Assembly (NCBI GenBank): GCA_016182295.1 | Contig: JACOXP010000007.1 | Location: forward strand, 11,457-75,456 | Direction of reading: 5' to 3' | Origin: Candidatus Harrisonbacteria bacterium | Lineage (GTDB): Bacteria > Patescibacteriota > Minisyncoccia > UBA6257 > WO2-44-18 | DNA length: 64,000 bases | Shown here: positions 45,380 to 53,990 of the stretch, in pieces | How positions within the stretch are numbered: the first letter of the stretch is position 1 | Layout of the letters: each line of letters opens with the position of its first letter | Made by a program: the position numbers and the translations under genes | The notes under the pieces: generated by a model | What the model was told of the DNA's origin: nothing | The model's input: only the letters and a program-made list of their open reading frames with translations | Database searches by the model: none

Positions 45380-45712
45380 ATGATAGAAATAGATTGGTAC
45401 GCGAATGTTGGCCGTTGTTTTCCCGAACCGGGAACGATTAAGAAAGTTAATTGCGGCGTGTGCGGCGCGCAAATGAAAGTGAGACGGAATGTTTTGGGAC
45501 CTACCAGTTGGGCAATGACAGTGGTCGGCATGAAACGCAGGCACGATTCATTCACTTGCCCTCGTATCAGTGAAGATTGGCACGAAAGAATTGTCCACCT
45601 AAAAATGTACGTATATTCGGCGGGGATGGGCTGGAAAATCGATTATGATAAGAAAAAGAAAGCTGCGGCAAAAGAGATCAAGAAACTACTAAAGAAATAT
45701 GCGGCGCGATAG
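45380..45712 (+). CDS. Hypothetical zinc-ribbon protein
   Basis: CGVCG...CPR. Terminator gcggc...gccgcttttt downstream. Confidence 0.5.
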   Translation: MIEIDWYANVGRCFPEPGTIKKVNCGVCGAQMKVRRNVLGPTSWAMTVVGMKRRHDSFTCPRISEDWHERIVHLKMYVYSAGMGWKIDYDKKKKAAAKEIKKLLKKYAAR

Positions 45713-45752
45713 CATCAAGCCGCTTTTTATTTTTGCCCCACCATCCAGCAGG

Positions 45753-46016
45753 CTATTTATAGACTTCTTTTCTGTGTTTTACCCGCAAAAGAAAAATCTT
45801 TTTATTATCCAAAAACTTAAAGACTGCTCTGTAATCCCTCCCTATTCTGAAAGAATAAAAGCCAGCTAATTTTCCATGTAACGGTTTCGTATGAAGTCTA
45901 GGATGAAATGGGTTGTTTTTCAAAACTTGGAGCAGTGCGTCAACTTGCAGCTTGGTTCCATGGTCAAGCTTTTTTACAGAGAATACAAAGCTGTTGCCAA
46001 AAACAAGCGAATGCAT
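45753..46016 (-). CDS. relE: RelE/ParE family toxin
   Basis: LAGFYSFRIGRDYRAVFKFLDNKKIFLLRVKHRKEVYK is the RelE-fold C-terminal signature. Confidence 0.7.
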   Translation of the reverse strand: MHSLVFGNSFVFSVKKLDHGTKLQVDALLQVLKNNPFHPRLHTKPLHGKLAGFYSFRIGRDYRAVFKFLDNKKIFLLRVKHRKEVYK

Positions 46017-46217
46017 TTAGGCAGCAAGTTTGAGAAAATTTTTAGAGCTGTATTTATAACGAGGTTTTTCTTTTGCGGCTTTCAAAATCTCTTTAACAAA
46101 TTCTTCGCGATATTCACCCTCTAAGTCTTTTGCTTGTTCTAAAATAGGCAAAATAAACTCTTCTAGAAGTTCTTTCTTAATCTCTTTTTTAAGTTTTTGA
46201 ATTGTTGCGGTACTCAT
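46017..46217 (-). CDS. Antitoxin of the RelE-type pair (RelB/DinJ- or Phd-like)
   Basis: 66 aa. Its stop abuts the toxin start. Acidic helical protein. Confidence 0.55.
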   Translation of the reverse strand: MSTATIQKLKKEIKKELLEEFILPILEQAKDLEGEYREEFVKEILKAAKEKPRYKYSSKNFLKLAA

Positions 46218-46260
46218 ACATTTATCGTATCAAAATGCAAAATCATAAGCAAATCATGGC

Positions 46261-46286
46261 GGGCATCGTGGACGATGTTAGAACTG
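46261..46286. promoter_or_regulatory. Shared 26-nt motif with an internal inverted repeat (gggcatcgtggacgatgttagaactg) upstream of the RelE-type TA operon
   Basis: Same 26-mer at 47562..47587 upstream of the Phd/Doc operon. catcgt-gg-acgatg is an inverted repeat. Confidence 0.6.
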
Positions 46287-46416
46287 TGTTTCAACGGCAA
46301 ACAAAGTTTGTTTATATACCTTTGGCTACCCTAATGCGTGAACACCATACTTCTTTGGCTTGCGTTAGTTTTGGAAGCCTGATAATATGGGGGCGGCAAA
46401 TTGAAAGGAGGTCGTG

Positions 46417-46806
46417 ATGCTAAGGTGGGGTACGCTGGTGGTGGCTATGTTGGTAACTGCCGGGTGTTGCTCGCTAGAGGCAACAACGCACTCAAAGCAG
46501 TGGTTCAGGGTTTTGGTGATTAATGAAAGTAAACAAACGCTTTTCTTATACCACATCGACTACAGTTTAGAAATTAATCCTGGCGAAAAACATATCACCA
46601 AATGGATACACAATGGTAACCACGATTATTCGGCCGTTCTACGTTATCGACTTATCGATAAGGATGGCGGACAGATGGCCGAGGACGGAACTGTTATCTA
46701 CTACGTATCGGCTTTTAGATACGCTGACGATAAAGATTACTATTTAAAAATATATGACGACAATCATTGGGTAACATGGGCACTGGACAACCCCCTACAA
46801 GAATAG
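46417..46806 (+). CDS. Putative lipoprotein
   Basis: AAAGGAGGT Shine-Dalgarno. Signal peptide with lipobox LVTAGC. Terminator downstream. Confidence 0.55.
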   Translation: MLRWGTLVVAMLVTAGCCSLEATTHSKQWFRVLVINESKQTLFLYHIDYSLEINPGEKHITKWIHNGNHDYSAVLRYRLIDKDGGQMAEDGTVIYYVSAFRYADDKDYYLKIYDDNHWVTWALDNPLQE

Positions 46807-46884
46807 GGGGTTTTTATACGCCAAATTTCCGAACGAAAACCACGGCCGTAAGGCCGGGGAGTTTTATTTTTACCGAAGGGCTAC

Positions 46885-47271
46885 TTACTGTATTTTGCGT
46901 GAATGTTTTTTAAACCAAGAGGCGATAGTTTCCAGATCAAATTTTTTATCCACTACTTCCAATACAAAATTTTCTACTTCCTTGTTGGTAGCGGTTAATT
47001 CTAGTCCGTTTAAGAATAAAAACCTTGCGCTGGCGCCAATGCCAATCCTTTTATTTCCGTCAATAAAAATATGGTAACGCGCTAACGACTCTAAATAAGC
47101 GGCGGCTTTGTTAAATACGCCTTGGTACAATTCCTTTCCGCCAAATGACATTTTTGCTTTTTCCACAATTGAAACTAAAAGACCGGCATCGCGTATTCCA
47201 TGCGAGCCGCCGGTCCTGTCGATAATTTCAGAGTGAATAACCAAAATTTCCTCACCGGATAAATACTTCAT
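46885..47271 (-). CDS. doc: Doc (death-on-curing) / Fic family toxin
   Basis: Fic motif HIFIDGNKRIGIG, plus GGSHGIRDAGLL. Start trimmed to MKYLSGEE, 9 nt after the antitoxin stop. Confidence 0.75.
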   Translation of the reverse strand: MKYLSGEEILVIHSEIIDRTGGSHGIRDAGLLVSIVEKAKMSFGGKELYQGVFNKAAAYLESLARYHIFIDGNKRIGIGASARFLFLNGLELTATNKEVENFVLEVVDKKFDLETIASWFKKHSRKIQ

Positions 47272-47279
47272 CGGTGAGA

Positions 47280-47510
47280 TTATTTTTTGGCAAGCGCTTC
47301 CAACGCCGGACGATAACGCTCGATGAATTTTCCAGTCCAATCAAGCAATTTTTTATCAACCCTGGAGGTCGGTCTTATGAGGACGGTTTTGCGTCTTTTG
47401 TCAACCTCAATAGTAATTCGATCCCCAATTTTAAGACCAAGCTCCTCAAGAGATTTTTTAGGAATTGTAACGGCGGCTGAACTGCCAACTTTTAAGACCT
47501 TTTGAGTCAT
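47280..47510 (-). CDS. phd: AbrB/MazE/SpoVT-family (Phd-like) antitoxin
   Basis: VLKVGSSAAVTIPKKSLEELGLKIGDRITIEV is a swapped-hairpin barrel. Confidence 0.7.
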   Translation of the reverse strand: MTQKVLKVGSSAAVTIPKKSLEELGLKIGDRITIEVDKRRKTVLIRPTSRVDKKLLDWTGKFIERYRPALEALAKK

Positions 47511-47561
47511 ATGATTATAATTTTATTATAATCTCTAATAAGTACAAGTCAAGCTTTTGCG

Positions 47562-47587
47562 GGGCATCGTGGACGATGTTAGAACTG
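47562..47587. promoter_or_regulatory. Second copy of the 26-nt TA-promoter motif
   Basis: Identical to 46261..46286. Lies about 50 nt upstream of the phd start. Confidence 0.6.
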
Positions 47588-47670
47588 CAATTCAAAATAG
47601 AAATGCTCTTATTTATATTCCCGAACTCATTATCGTGCGCCCATAAAGCCATAAAAAATCTCGCTTGTTA

Positions 47671-48198
47671 TTAGCGAGATTGATTTAGGGCGAAGCGTCG
47701 CATTTTCATTTTTCGTTCTAAGCACGGTACATAAAAAGCGAGTATTTCCAACGGAGTTGCTATGCAATATTGCCTTATTTTTTCTTTAGTGGGTCTGTCA
47801 AAATTATACCCTGAAACAGTTATTCTATTGCTAAAAATCCTTTTAGCTAAGAATCTTACTTTAAATTTTCTGATACTATCGCAAAAAATTTTTAACGGAA
47901 AACTGTTCTGGCTAAGTTTCTGCAAAAGCTCGGCGGTAAAACGTAAATTGTCATGGGTGGTAACTGCTTCGTCTTCGCAGATAATCGGCTGCTGCACGCC
48001 AAGCCGATGAAGATAATTTTTCATTAACATCGCCTCACAAACCCCGGGGGCAGTTTTTTGATTAGTATAGCCGCCGCTGGTTATTACGAGACCAACAGAA
48101 GAACCGGCAGAGGCGAGATGTTGAACAACAAATTGCAGAAAATTCTTTAAATCTTTTGTTAAATGACAGCCATACCCGCAAATTAGGACATTTTCCAC
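47671..48198 (-). CDS. DUF218 / YdcF-like protein
   Basis: VITSGGYTNQKTAPGVCEAMLMKNYL resembles the DUF218 core. Weak assignment. Confidence 0.4.
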   Translation of the reverse strand: MENVLICGYGCHLTKDLKNFLQFVVQHLASAGSSVGLVITSGGYTNQKTAPGVCEAMLMKNYLHRLGVQQPIICEDEAVTTHDNLRFTAELLQKLSQNSFPLKIFCDSIRKFKVRFLAKRIFSNRITVSGYNFDRPTKEKIRQYCIATPLEILAFYVPCLERKMKMRRFALNQSR

Positions 48199-48259
48199 CG
48201 CATCCTCCTTTGAAATAGCTGTGGGAAATTATACACCATCCAATTTGTAATTTGCAAGT

Positions 48260-48925
48260 TTAATCCTGAAGAGCCTCTTGGATAATTTCCCGTACCTCTA
48301 TAGCTGCTATCCAAGAACTATCAAATCTATTAATTAATAGGTTACTAACATTAGCGTAACTCTTTCTTAGAAATCTTAACGCCGCAATGAGACCCTCTTG
48401 GTCTTTATTTGTTCCTCTTTGATAAGACCGCAGGAGGTCGTAAACAACATGCGGTTCGCATTTTGGAGCGGGGACTCCACTTGCTATTGCCACAAATGCC
48501 ACGACTGTAATTCTGTCATCACGAATGGCGGCAATGACTCTTTTCATGCCATCTAAAACTTTATACTTTTCCTCATCAAGCCTCACAAGAATTGGAACTT
48601 CATCAAATTTTAATTCCGAAAAGAGCCCGGCCACAGTTTTATCTGTCTTTATCAATTCGTGTAATTTACTCGGGGACCGTGCGCCCTTTTTAATGATAAC
48701 CTCGTTCCATTCAGGGTTTGTTCCCGTAAGCCACAAACTATCTACTGTCAGCTCTTCTTTCGTCCACTCAACGTTCTCGTCAGTTATGTAATCTGCAATC
48801 CAGTTCATTGCCGCACTGCAGTTGGTTAGTAGTTGCTCTACTGGGTCTTGATAATTCTGAACTTTTTCGCGCATTTGCTTTGCCAAGCCATTCAAAAATC
48901 CTTTGTCGGGGAAGTTAGTGTTCAT
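48260..48925 (-). CDS. Hypothetical protein
   Basis: 221-aa ORF. No family recognised. Confidence 0.45.
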   Translation of the reverse strand: MNTNFPDKGFLNGLAKQMREKVQNYQDPVEQLLTNCSAAMNWIADYITDENVEWTKEELTVDSLWLTGTNPEWNEVIIKKGARSPSKLHELIKTDKTVAGLFSELKFDEVPILVRLDEEKYKVLDGMKRVIAAIRDDRITVVAFVAIASGVPAPKCEPHVVYDLLRSYQRGTNKDQEGLIAALRFLRKSYANVSNLLINRFDSSWIAAIEVREIIQEALQD

Positions 48926-48987
48926 ATCTCAAGTATACCAAATACCGAACTTGGCTACTCCAACAGAGCTGACCGAAGGGCTGCTCA

Positions 48988-49335
48988 TTATTTTTGACTA
49001 TTTATTAAACCCAATAACATTTTTGAAAGCGTTTCGTATTTTTTGTAAAATTCATTGAATTGCGTTTGGGTAATTTGTTTTTCTTCCAAAATAAGTTCCA
49101 GCAAGGAAACGCACTCATAAGTAGAGCCTCTGGCGGTAGTATAAAAACTTCTTTTATCCGCTTTGGAGAATTTTCCACTCCCCTCGGCAATATTGATTAC
49201 AATGCTTATTGATGCTCGCCGCAGTTGGTCGCGGATATAAGAATTAATTTGTTTGTTAACTTGGAGAAAGGATAAAACTTCTTTATTTAACTCTTTCGCC
49301 TTTTTATAAACTTCAAGGTTTTCAAAATCAAACAT
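48988..49335 (-). CDS. Four-helix-bundle protein (23S rRNA intervening-sequence protein family)
   Basis: RASISIVINIAEGSGKFSKADKRSFYTTARGSTYEC matches the family signature. Confidence 0.75.
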   Translation of the reverse strand: MFDFENLEVYKKAKELNKEVLSFLQVNKQINSYIRDQLRRASISIVINIAEGSGKFSKADKRSFYTTARGSTYECVSLLELILEEKQITQTQFNEFYKKYETLSKMLLGLINSQK

Positions 49336-49469
49336 TTTTTCTTGTAATTAGTGTGTGTAATTAGTAGTTAGGGAAAATTTTTCGTTCTTTAAAATAAAAA
49401 TCTTCCTTGCTCCAAATACTAACTACAAAATACAAATTACTCAAATTTTGAGCGTAGCGAAAAATTTTG

Positions 49470-49540
49470 CGGGGGTAGTAGGACTTGAACCTACAGTCAC
49501 GGTTTTGGAGACCGTTGGTTTGCCATTAACCGATACCCCC
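49470..49540 (-). tRNA. tRNA-Trp (anticodon CCA)
   Basis: Reverse complement is GGGGGTATCGGTTAATGGCAAACCAACGGTCTCCAAAACCGT...GTAGGTTCAAGTCCTACTACCCCCG. Confidence 0.85.
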
Positions 49541-49625
49541 TATTGCGTATATTTTAACAGATTTTTCCAAAAAGTCCACGATAAAAATTGTAAAATCAAG
49601 CAAAATCTGACATAATGCAACTATT

Positions 49626-50270
49626 ATGAAACGTGTTGCCATCTGGTCCTTTGCCATCGCCATCGTTGGCCTGGCTCTGTTCGGTTTGATTAAACTCGGC
49701 ATTAATAGCGCGCCAAATCAATCAGCGTCGCTTATTGACGCTGTCTCTCCGAAGGACTGGGGCAAGGGCGCCGAGGAAGCAAAAGTTGTTTTGGTTGAAT
49801 ACAGCGACTTTCAATGCCCGGCTTGCGGGGCGTATTATCCATTATTGAAACGGCTCAGTCAGGAATTCACCGGTCAGATTAAATTCGTTTATCGCCACTT
49901 TCCCTTAAGCCAAATTCACGCCAACGCCGAACCTGCCGCCCGCGCCGCGGAAGCCTCCGGCAAGCAGGGAAAATTTTGGGAAATGCACGATCTGATTTTC
50001 GAAAATCAGACTAATTGGTCTAATCAAAAAAACGCGGAGGTTGCTTTTATTTCCTACGCTCAATCCCTACAACTCGATATTGAGCGGTTTAAAACCGATT
50101 TGAATTCCCAAGAAGTCAAAGAGTCGGTGGCTAATGATTATCAGAGCGGCATCCGATCAAAAGTTAACGGCACCCCCACCTTCTTCCTAAACGGCCAGAA
50201 AATCCAAAACCCAAGAAGTTATGATGAATTTAAAAACATCATCGAACAAGCCATCAACGCCAATCTCTAA
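49626..50270 (+). CDS. DsbA-like thiol:disulfide oxidoreductase (thioredoxin fold, CPAC)
   Basis: N-terminal TM anchor. VEYSDFQCPACGAYYP is the active site. Confidence 0.8.
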   Translation: MKRVAIWSFAIAIVGLALFGLIKLGINSAPNQSASLIDAVSPKDWGKGAEEAKVVLVEYSDFQCPACGAYYPLLKRLSQEFTGQIKFVYRHFPLSQIHANAEPAARAAEASGKQGKFWEMHDLIFENQTNWSNQKNAEVAFISYAQSLQLDIERFKTDLNSQEVKESVANDYQSGIRSKVNGTPTFFLNGQKIQNPRSYDEFKNIIEQAINANL

Positions 50271-50697
50271 ATGGCTGATCGGGGCCCTGACCCTGGTCAG
50301 CTTTGCCGGTTTTCTAGACGCCGTTTATCTCACGACCAAGCATTACCTTGGATCACCGGTCGTCTGCTCAATACTCGAGGGCTGTGAAGTTGTAACTACG
50401 AGCCAATACGCCACTTGGTTCGGAATTCCGGTAGCCTTACCCGGAGCAATTTATTATTTATTGATTTTTCTTTTGACTGTCGCCTATCTTGACGCGAAAA
50501 AAGAACGTTTTTTGCGTTTAGCCGCCTACCTTTCTCCCATAGGATTTCTCGCGTCTCTTTGGTTTTTATATCTTCAACTTTTTGTTATTAAAGCGCTCTG
50601 TCTTTATTGTTTGATATCCGCCCTTACGTCAACCTTGGTGTTTGTTATAGGCGTCATTTTATTAGTAAGATTGAAAAAAAATTTACCAATCTCTTAA
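50221..50697 (+). CDS. Vitamin K epoxide reductase (VKOR) family membrane protein, the DsbA re-oxidant
   Basis: Loop cysteines CSILEGC and TM-helix CLYC. Overlaps the DsbA gene end by 50 nt. Confidence 0.7.
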   Translation: MMNLKTSSNKPSTPISKWLIGALTLVSFAGFLDAVYLTTKHYLGSPVVCSILEGCEVVTTSQYATWFGIPVALPGAIYYLLIFLLTVAYLDAKKERFLRLAAYLSPIGFLASLWFLYLQLFVIKALCLYCLISALTSTLVFVIGVILLVRLKKNLPIS

Positions 50698-51072
50698 AAA
50701 CTCATGGCAAAAGTTAAGCTAGACAAAGATTTATCACCGGAGCTTTATAAAATTCAGTGAAACCATTCCCGAGATGTCTAAAATCCACTCCAGAAAAGCC
50801 ATTGGGCGATCATTCATTCGTTACCTCCTTCTCAATGTGCCACCGTCATCCTACTGTAAATACTCCGAAAAACAAATCGGTTGCTCTTTGTTCGGAAATT
50901 TTGTAGTGTATATTTAGCTTATTGAGAAGGAGGCGGCAGATGGCCAAACGCGTAACTGTTTCCCGCCAAGAGGTTGGGCTTACCGACGAAGGCAAGGTAT
51001 ACGTATAGACTATGATTATATGGACAGCCCAATGGGCGGTCCGGGCTCTATCATAGTCATCAGGAGGATCGC

Positions 51073-51246
51073 ATGAGTAAGAAAAGTGGGAAGAAGAATA
51101 GAGGTGGTGTTAAAAGAGTGAAAGTAGAAGTCATTTGTCCAGAATGCGATGGATTTGGAGGGCACGATATCGCGCAAATATGTCCAACTTGTAACGATGA
51201 AGGAAAGATTTGGATTAGCCGACGAATTAGCCGAAATTCAAAGTAG
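51073..51246 (+). CDS. Small zinc-ribbon protein (57 aa), missed by the ORF track
   Basis: AGGAGGA Shine-Dalgarno 6 nt before the ATG. MSKKSGKKNRGGVKRVKVEVICPECDGFGGHDIAQICPTCNDEGKIWISRRISRNSK. The track ORF 51060..51368 on the opposite strand is antisense. Confidence 0.45.
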   Translation: MSKKSGKKNRGGVKRVKVEVICPECDGFGGHDIAQICPTCNDEGKIWISRRISRNSK

Positions 51247-51670
51247 AAACACCCGCTCCCTAAAGAGCGCAAAAAGCTCCGACACGATGTCGGAGTTTTA
51301 AATTTTCTAGCGAGCTCACGCGAAAATTTATTTTCGTGATGAACGAGTGACGAAAATTCAAGAATCAAATTGCTAAGTTTTAGACTATCACGAACGAAGA
51401 ACGCGTGTCTACAAAAATAAAAAAGCCCCGAGACCGAAGTCTCGGGGGGCCTTTATTACTCCACCGATGTGGCCAGCATCGATGAGCCAAGCTGTTCAGC
51501 TCTTTCCACATCCGCTCGGCGATGTCGGAAAGACTCAGCTGTTATTCCTCCCCAAATCCGCTGAGCGATTTTGCGGGGAGACCTAGCTGTTGTTCAACCG
51601 CCGCCAGCAAGCCCGCTAGGCGACTTGCTGACGTACTGCTTGTGCCGCAACATAAGCCGTACGCAAAGAG

Positions 51671-51850
51671 CTACTCGCGATAGCGATACTGACATTCCTG
51701 CGTTAGGTATGACGACTTACATTCTCCGCACCACACCAATTTGTCGCCGTCGCTGTCGATGTACGCTACAGCCAGATGGTCGCTCGGGCAAATGAAATCG
51801 TATGTTGCGTAGATGTCAGCCTTCTTGACTTCCCGTCCTTCAATACGCAT
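51671..51850 (-). CDS. Small Cys-containing protein (59 aa), below the ORF-track cutoff
   Basis: AAAGGAGGAG Shine-Dalgarno. MRIEGREVKKADIYATYDFICPSDHLAVAYIDSDGDKLVWCGECKSSYLTQECQYRYRE. Confidence 0.35.
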   Translation of the reverse strand: MRIEGREVKKADIYATYDFICPSDHLAVAYIDSDGDKLVWCGECKSSYLTQECQYRYRE

Positions 51851-51922
51851 ATCTCTTCTCCTCCTTTTGAAAAAGAACCTTCTGTCAATTATACACCACG
51901 ATCACCCATTTTGTCAAGAAAA

Positions 51923-53734
51923 TTAATCAGATTCCTTTTTGATTTTCTTGCGATTGTTTTCCGATAAAAGGGTTTTTCGGATTCGGATATTCTTAGGTGT
52001 AATTTCGACTAACTCGTCTTCACCAATGTAATCAATGGCGTCTTCCAAGCTCATTGACTTGGGCACGTCCAATTTTTCTTGCACCCCGAAGTTTTTGGTG
52101 CGGAAGTTGGTCAACTCTTTGGCCTTGCAGGTATTAACCAAAATGTCGTGATCCTTGGCATTTTCGCCAACAACCATGCCTTCGTAAACATCAACTCCGG
52201 GAGCGATAAAAAGCTGACCGCGGCTCTGGGCGTTAATAAGCCCGTAGCTGTTGGAAATTCCGGTCTCGGAAGAGATGAGCGACCCATGGGGATTGCCGCT
52301 GAATTCGCCCTTATATTCCTCATATCCTAAAAAAATGCTATTCATTATTCCCCGCCCGCGAGTGCTGGTTAAAAATTCGTTTCGAAAACCAATCAGCGCC
52401 CGAGTCGGAACCGCGAAATCGGCGAATAAGTGGCCGTGATCTATTTTCATATCCTTCATTAAGCCGAGCCGTTTCCCCATCATTTCTATTACAACACCAG
52501 AAAATTCCTCCGGCGCTTCAATGGACACAAGTTCCATCGGTTCCATATTTTTCCTATCAACTGTTTTAAAAATAACCTGCGGCTTGGATACCTCCAGTTC
52601 GTAACCCTCACGACGCATTCTCTCTATGAGAATAGAGAGGTGTAATTCTCCCCGACCCGCGACAGTCCAACGATCCGGTGAAGCGGTTGGGGTTACCCGC
52701 AAAGCCACGTCCGCGTCAATGGCTTTTTCCAAACGTTCACGCAAATTTCTCGAGGTGGTGTATTCGCCCTCGCGTCCGGAAAACGGAGAGGTGTTTACCC
52801 CGAAAGTCATTTTAATGGTCGGCTCTTCAATCTCTAACACCGGAAGAGCTTCTGGTCTTTCCGCGTCGGCTATGGTTTCCCCGATAGTAATGTCGTCAAT
52901 TCCGGCAATCGCGACTATGTCGCCGGGCATCGCTTCATCGACGTCAATCCTGTTCAAGCCGTCAAACAGCATTATCGAAGTAAGCTGCGATTTTTTAATT
53001 TCTCCGGAACGGTTAATATGGGCTATCTGCATACCCTTTTTCAAAATACCGGAATAAAGCCGACCAATCGCGATTTTTCCTTTGTAATTATCATAAATCA
53101 AATTAACCGCCAGCATTTGCAATGGTTTGCCATCGTTAATTTTCGGCGCCGGTATATGCTTTAGAATCGCGTCAAAGAGCGGTTGAATATCCGTCATTTT
53201 ACCCAAATCAAAATCGAGACCGGCCTTTCCTTGCATGGCCGAAGCGTAAATGACCGGGAAGTTTGTCTGATCATCATTCGCGCCCAGCTCCACAAAAAGA
53301 TCAAAAGTCTGATTCAAAGTCCAATCCGGCCGCGCTCCCGATTTATCAATTTTGTTTATAACTACAATCACCTTGTGGCCGGCCTGAATCGCTTTCCGCA
53401 AAACAAATTTTGTCTGCGGCATGGGCCCTTCTTTCGCGTCAACCAGAAGTAAAACCCCGTCAACCATGCTCATAATTCGCTCTACCTCGCCGCCAAAATC
53501 GGCATGGCCCGGCGTGTCCACGATATTTATTTTCGTGTTTTTATACCGAACCGCGGCATTTTTTGAAAAAATAGTAATACCCCGCTCTCTTTCGAGTTCG
53601 TTGGAATCCATTATTAAATCTTTCGGACCGTCGGTTTTTAACTTAAAACTCTCCGATTGTTTTAAAAGGGAGTCCACCAAGGTGGTCTTGCCGTGGTCAA
53701 CGTGAGCGATAATAGCAATGTTGCGAATATCCAT
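51923..53734 (-). CDS. typA: Translational GTPase TypA/BipA
   Basis: AIIAHVDHGKTTL, DTPGHADFGGEVER and NKIDK motifs; 603 aa. Confidence 0.9.
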   Translation of the reverse strand: MDIRNIAIIAHVDHGKTTLVDSLLKQSESFKLKTDGPKDLIMDSNELERERGITIFSKNAAVRYKNTKINIVDTPGHADFGGEVERIMSMVDGVLLLVDAKEGPMPQTKFVLRKAIQAGHKVIVVINKIDKSGARPDWTLNQTFDLFVELGANDDQTNFPVIYASAMQGKAGLDFDLGKMTDIQPLFDAILKHIPAPKINDGKPLQMLAVNLIYDNYKGKIAIGRLYSGILKKGMQIAHINRSGEIKKSQLTSIMLFDGLNRIDVDEAMPGDIVAIAGIDDITIGETIADAERPEALPVLEIEEPTIKMTFGVNTSPFSGREGEYTTSRNLRERLEKAIDADVALRVTPTASPDRWTVAGRGELHLSILIERMRREGYELEVSKPQVIFKTVDRKNMEPMELVSIEAPEEFSGVVIEMMGKRLGLMKDMKIDHGHLFADFAVPTRALIGFRNEFLTSTRGRGIMNSIFLGYEEYKGEFSGNPHGSLISSETGISNSYGLINAQSRGQLFIAPGVDVYEGMVVGENAKDHDILVNTCKAKELTNFRTKNFGVQEKLDVPKSMSLEDAIDYIGEDELVEITPKNIRIRKTLLSENNRKKIKKESD

Positions 53735-53798
53735 AGAAACGTACTAAAAATTAACACAAAAATTATCTAAAGTCAAATAATCCCATCTTTAGACGAGA

Positions 53799-53966
53799 TT
53801 ATCGTTTAGCTTCTTTGTGAATCGTATGTTTACGACACCAGGGGCAGTGCTTTTTAAACTCCAGTTTGCGGTCAACGGTTTTTTTATTCTTGTGCGAGTA
53901 AAAATTAATACGGTTGCAAACCGAACATTTTAACTTAATAAGATTGGCGCCAAACTTTGACGGCAT
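53799..53966 (-). CDS. rpmG: 50S ribosomal protein L33
   Basis: MPSKFGANLIKLKCSVCNRINFYSHKNKKTVDRKLEFKKHCPWCRKHTIHKEAKR has the L33 Cys4 pattern (C-x2-C...C-x2-C). Absent from the ORF track. Confidence 0.75.
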   Translation of the reverse strand: MPSKFGANLIKLKCSVCNRINFYSHKNKKTVDRKLEFKKHCPWCRKHTIHKEAKR

Positions 53967-53990
53967 GACAAATAGGATAACCTATTGCCG

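Noticed and set aside
51060-51368. ORF 51060..51368 (-)
   Set aside because: Antisense to a Shine-Dalgarno-preceded Zn-ribbon ORF (51073..51246). Its own sequence is low-complexity.
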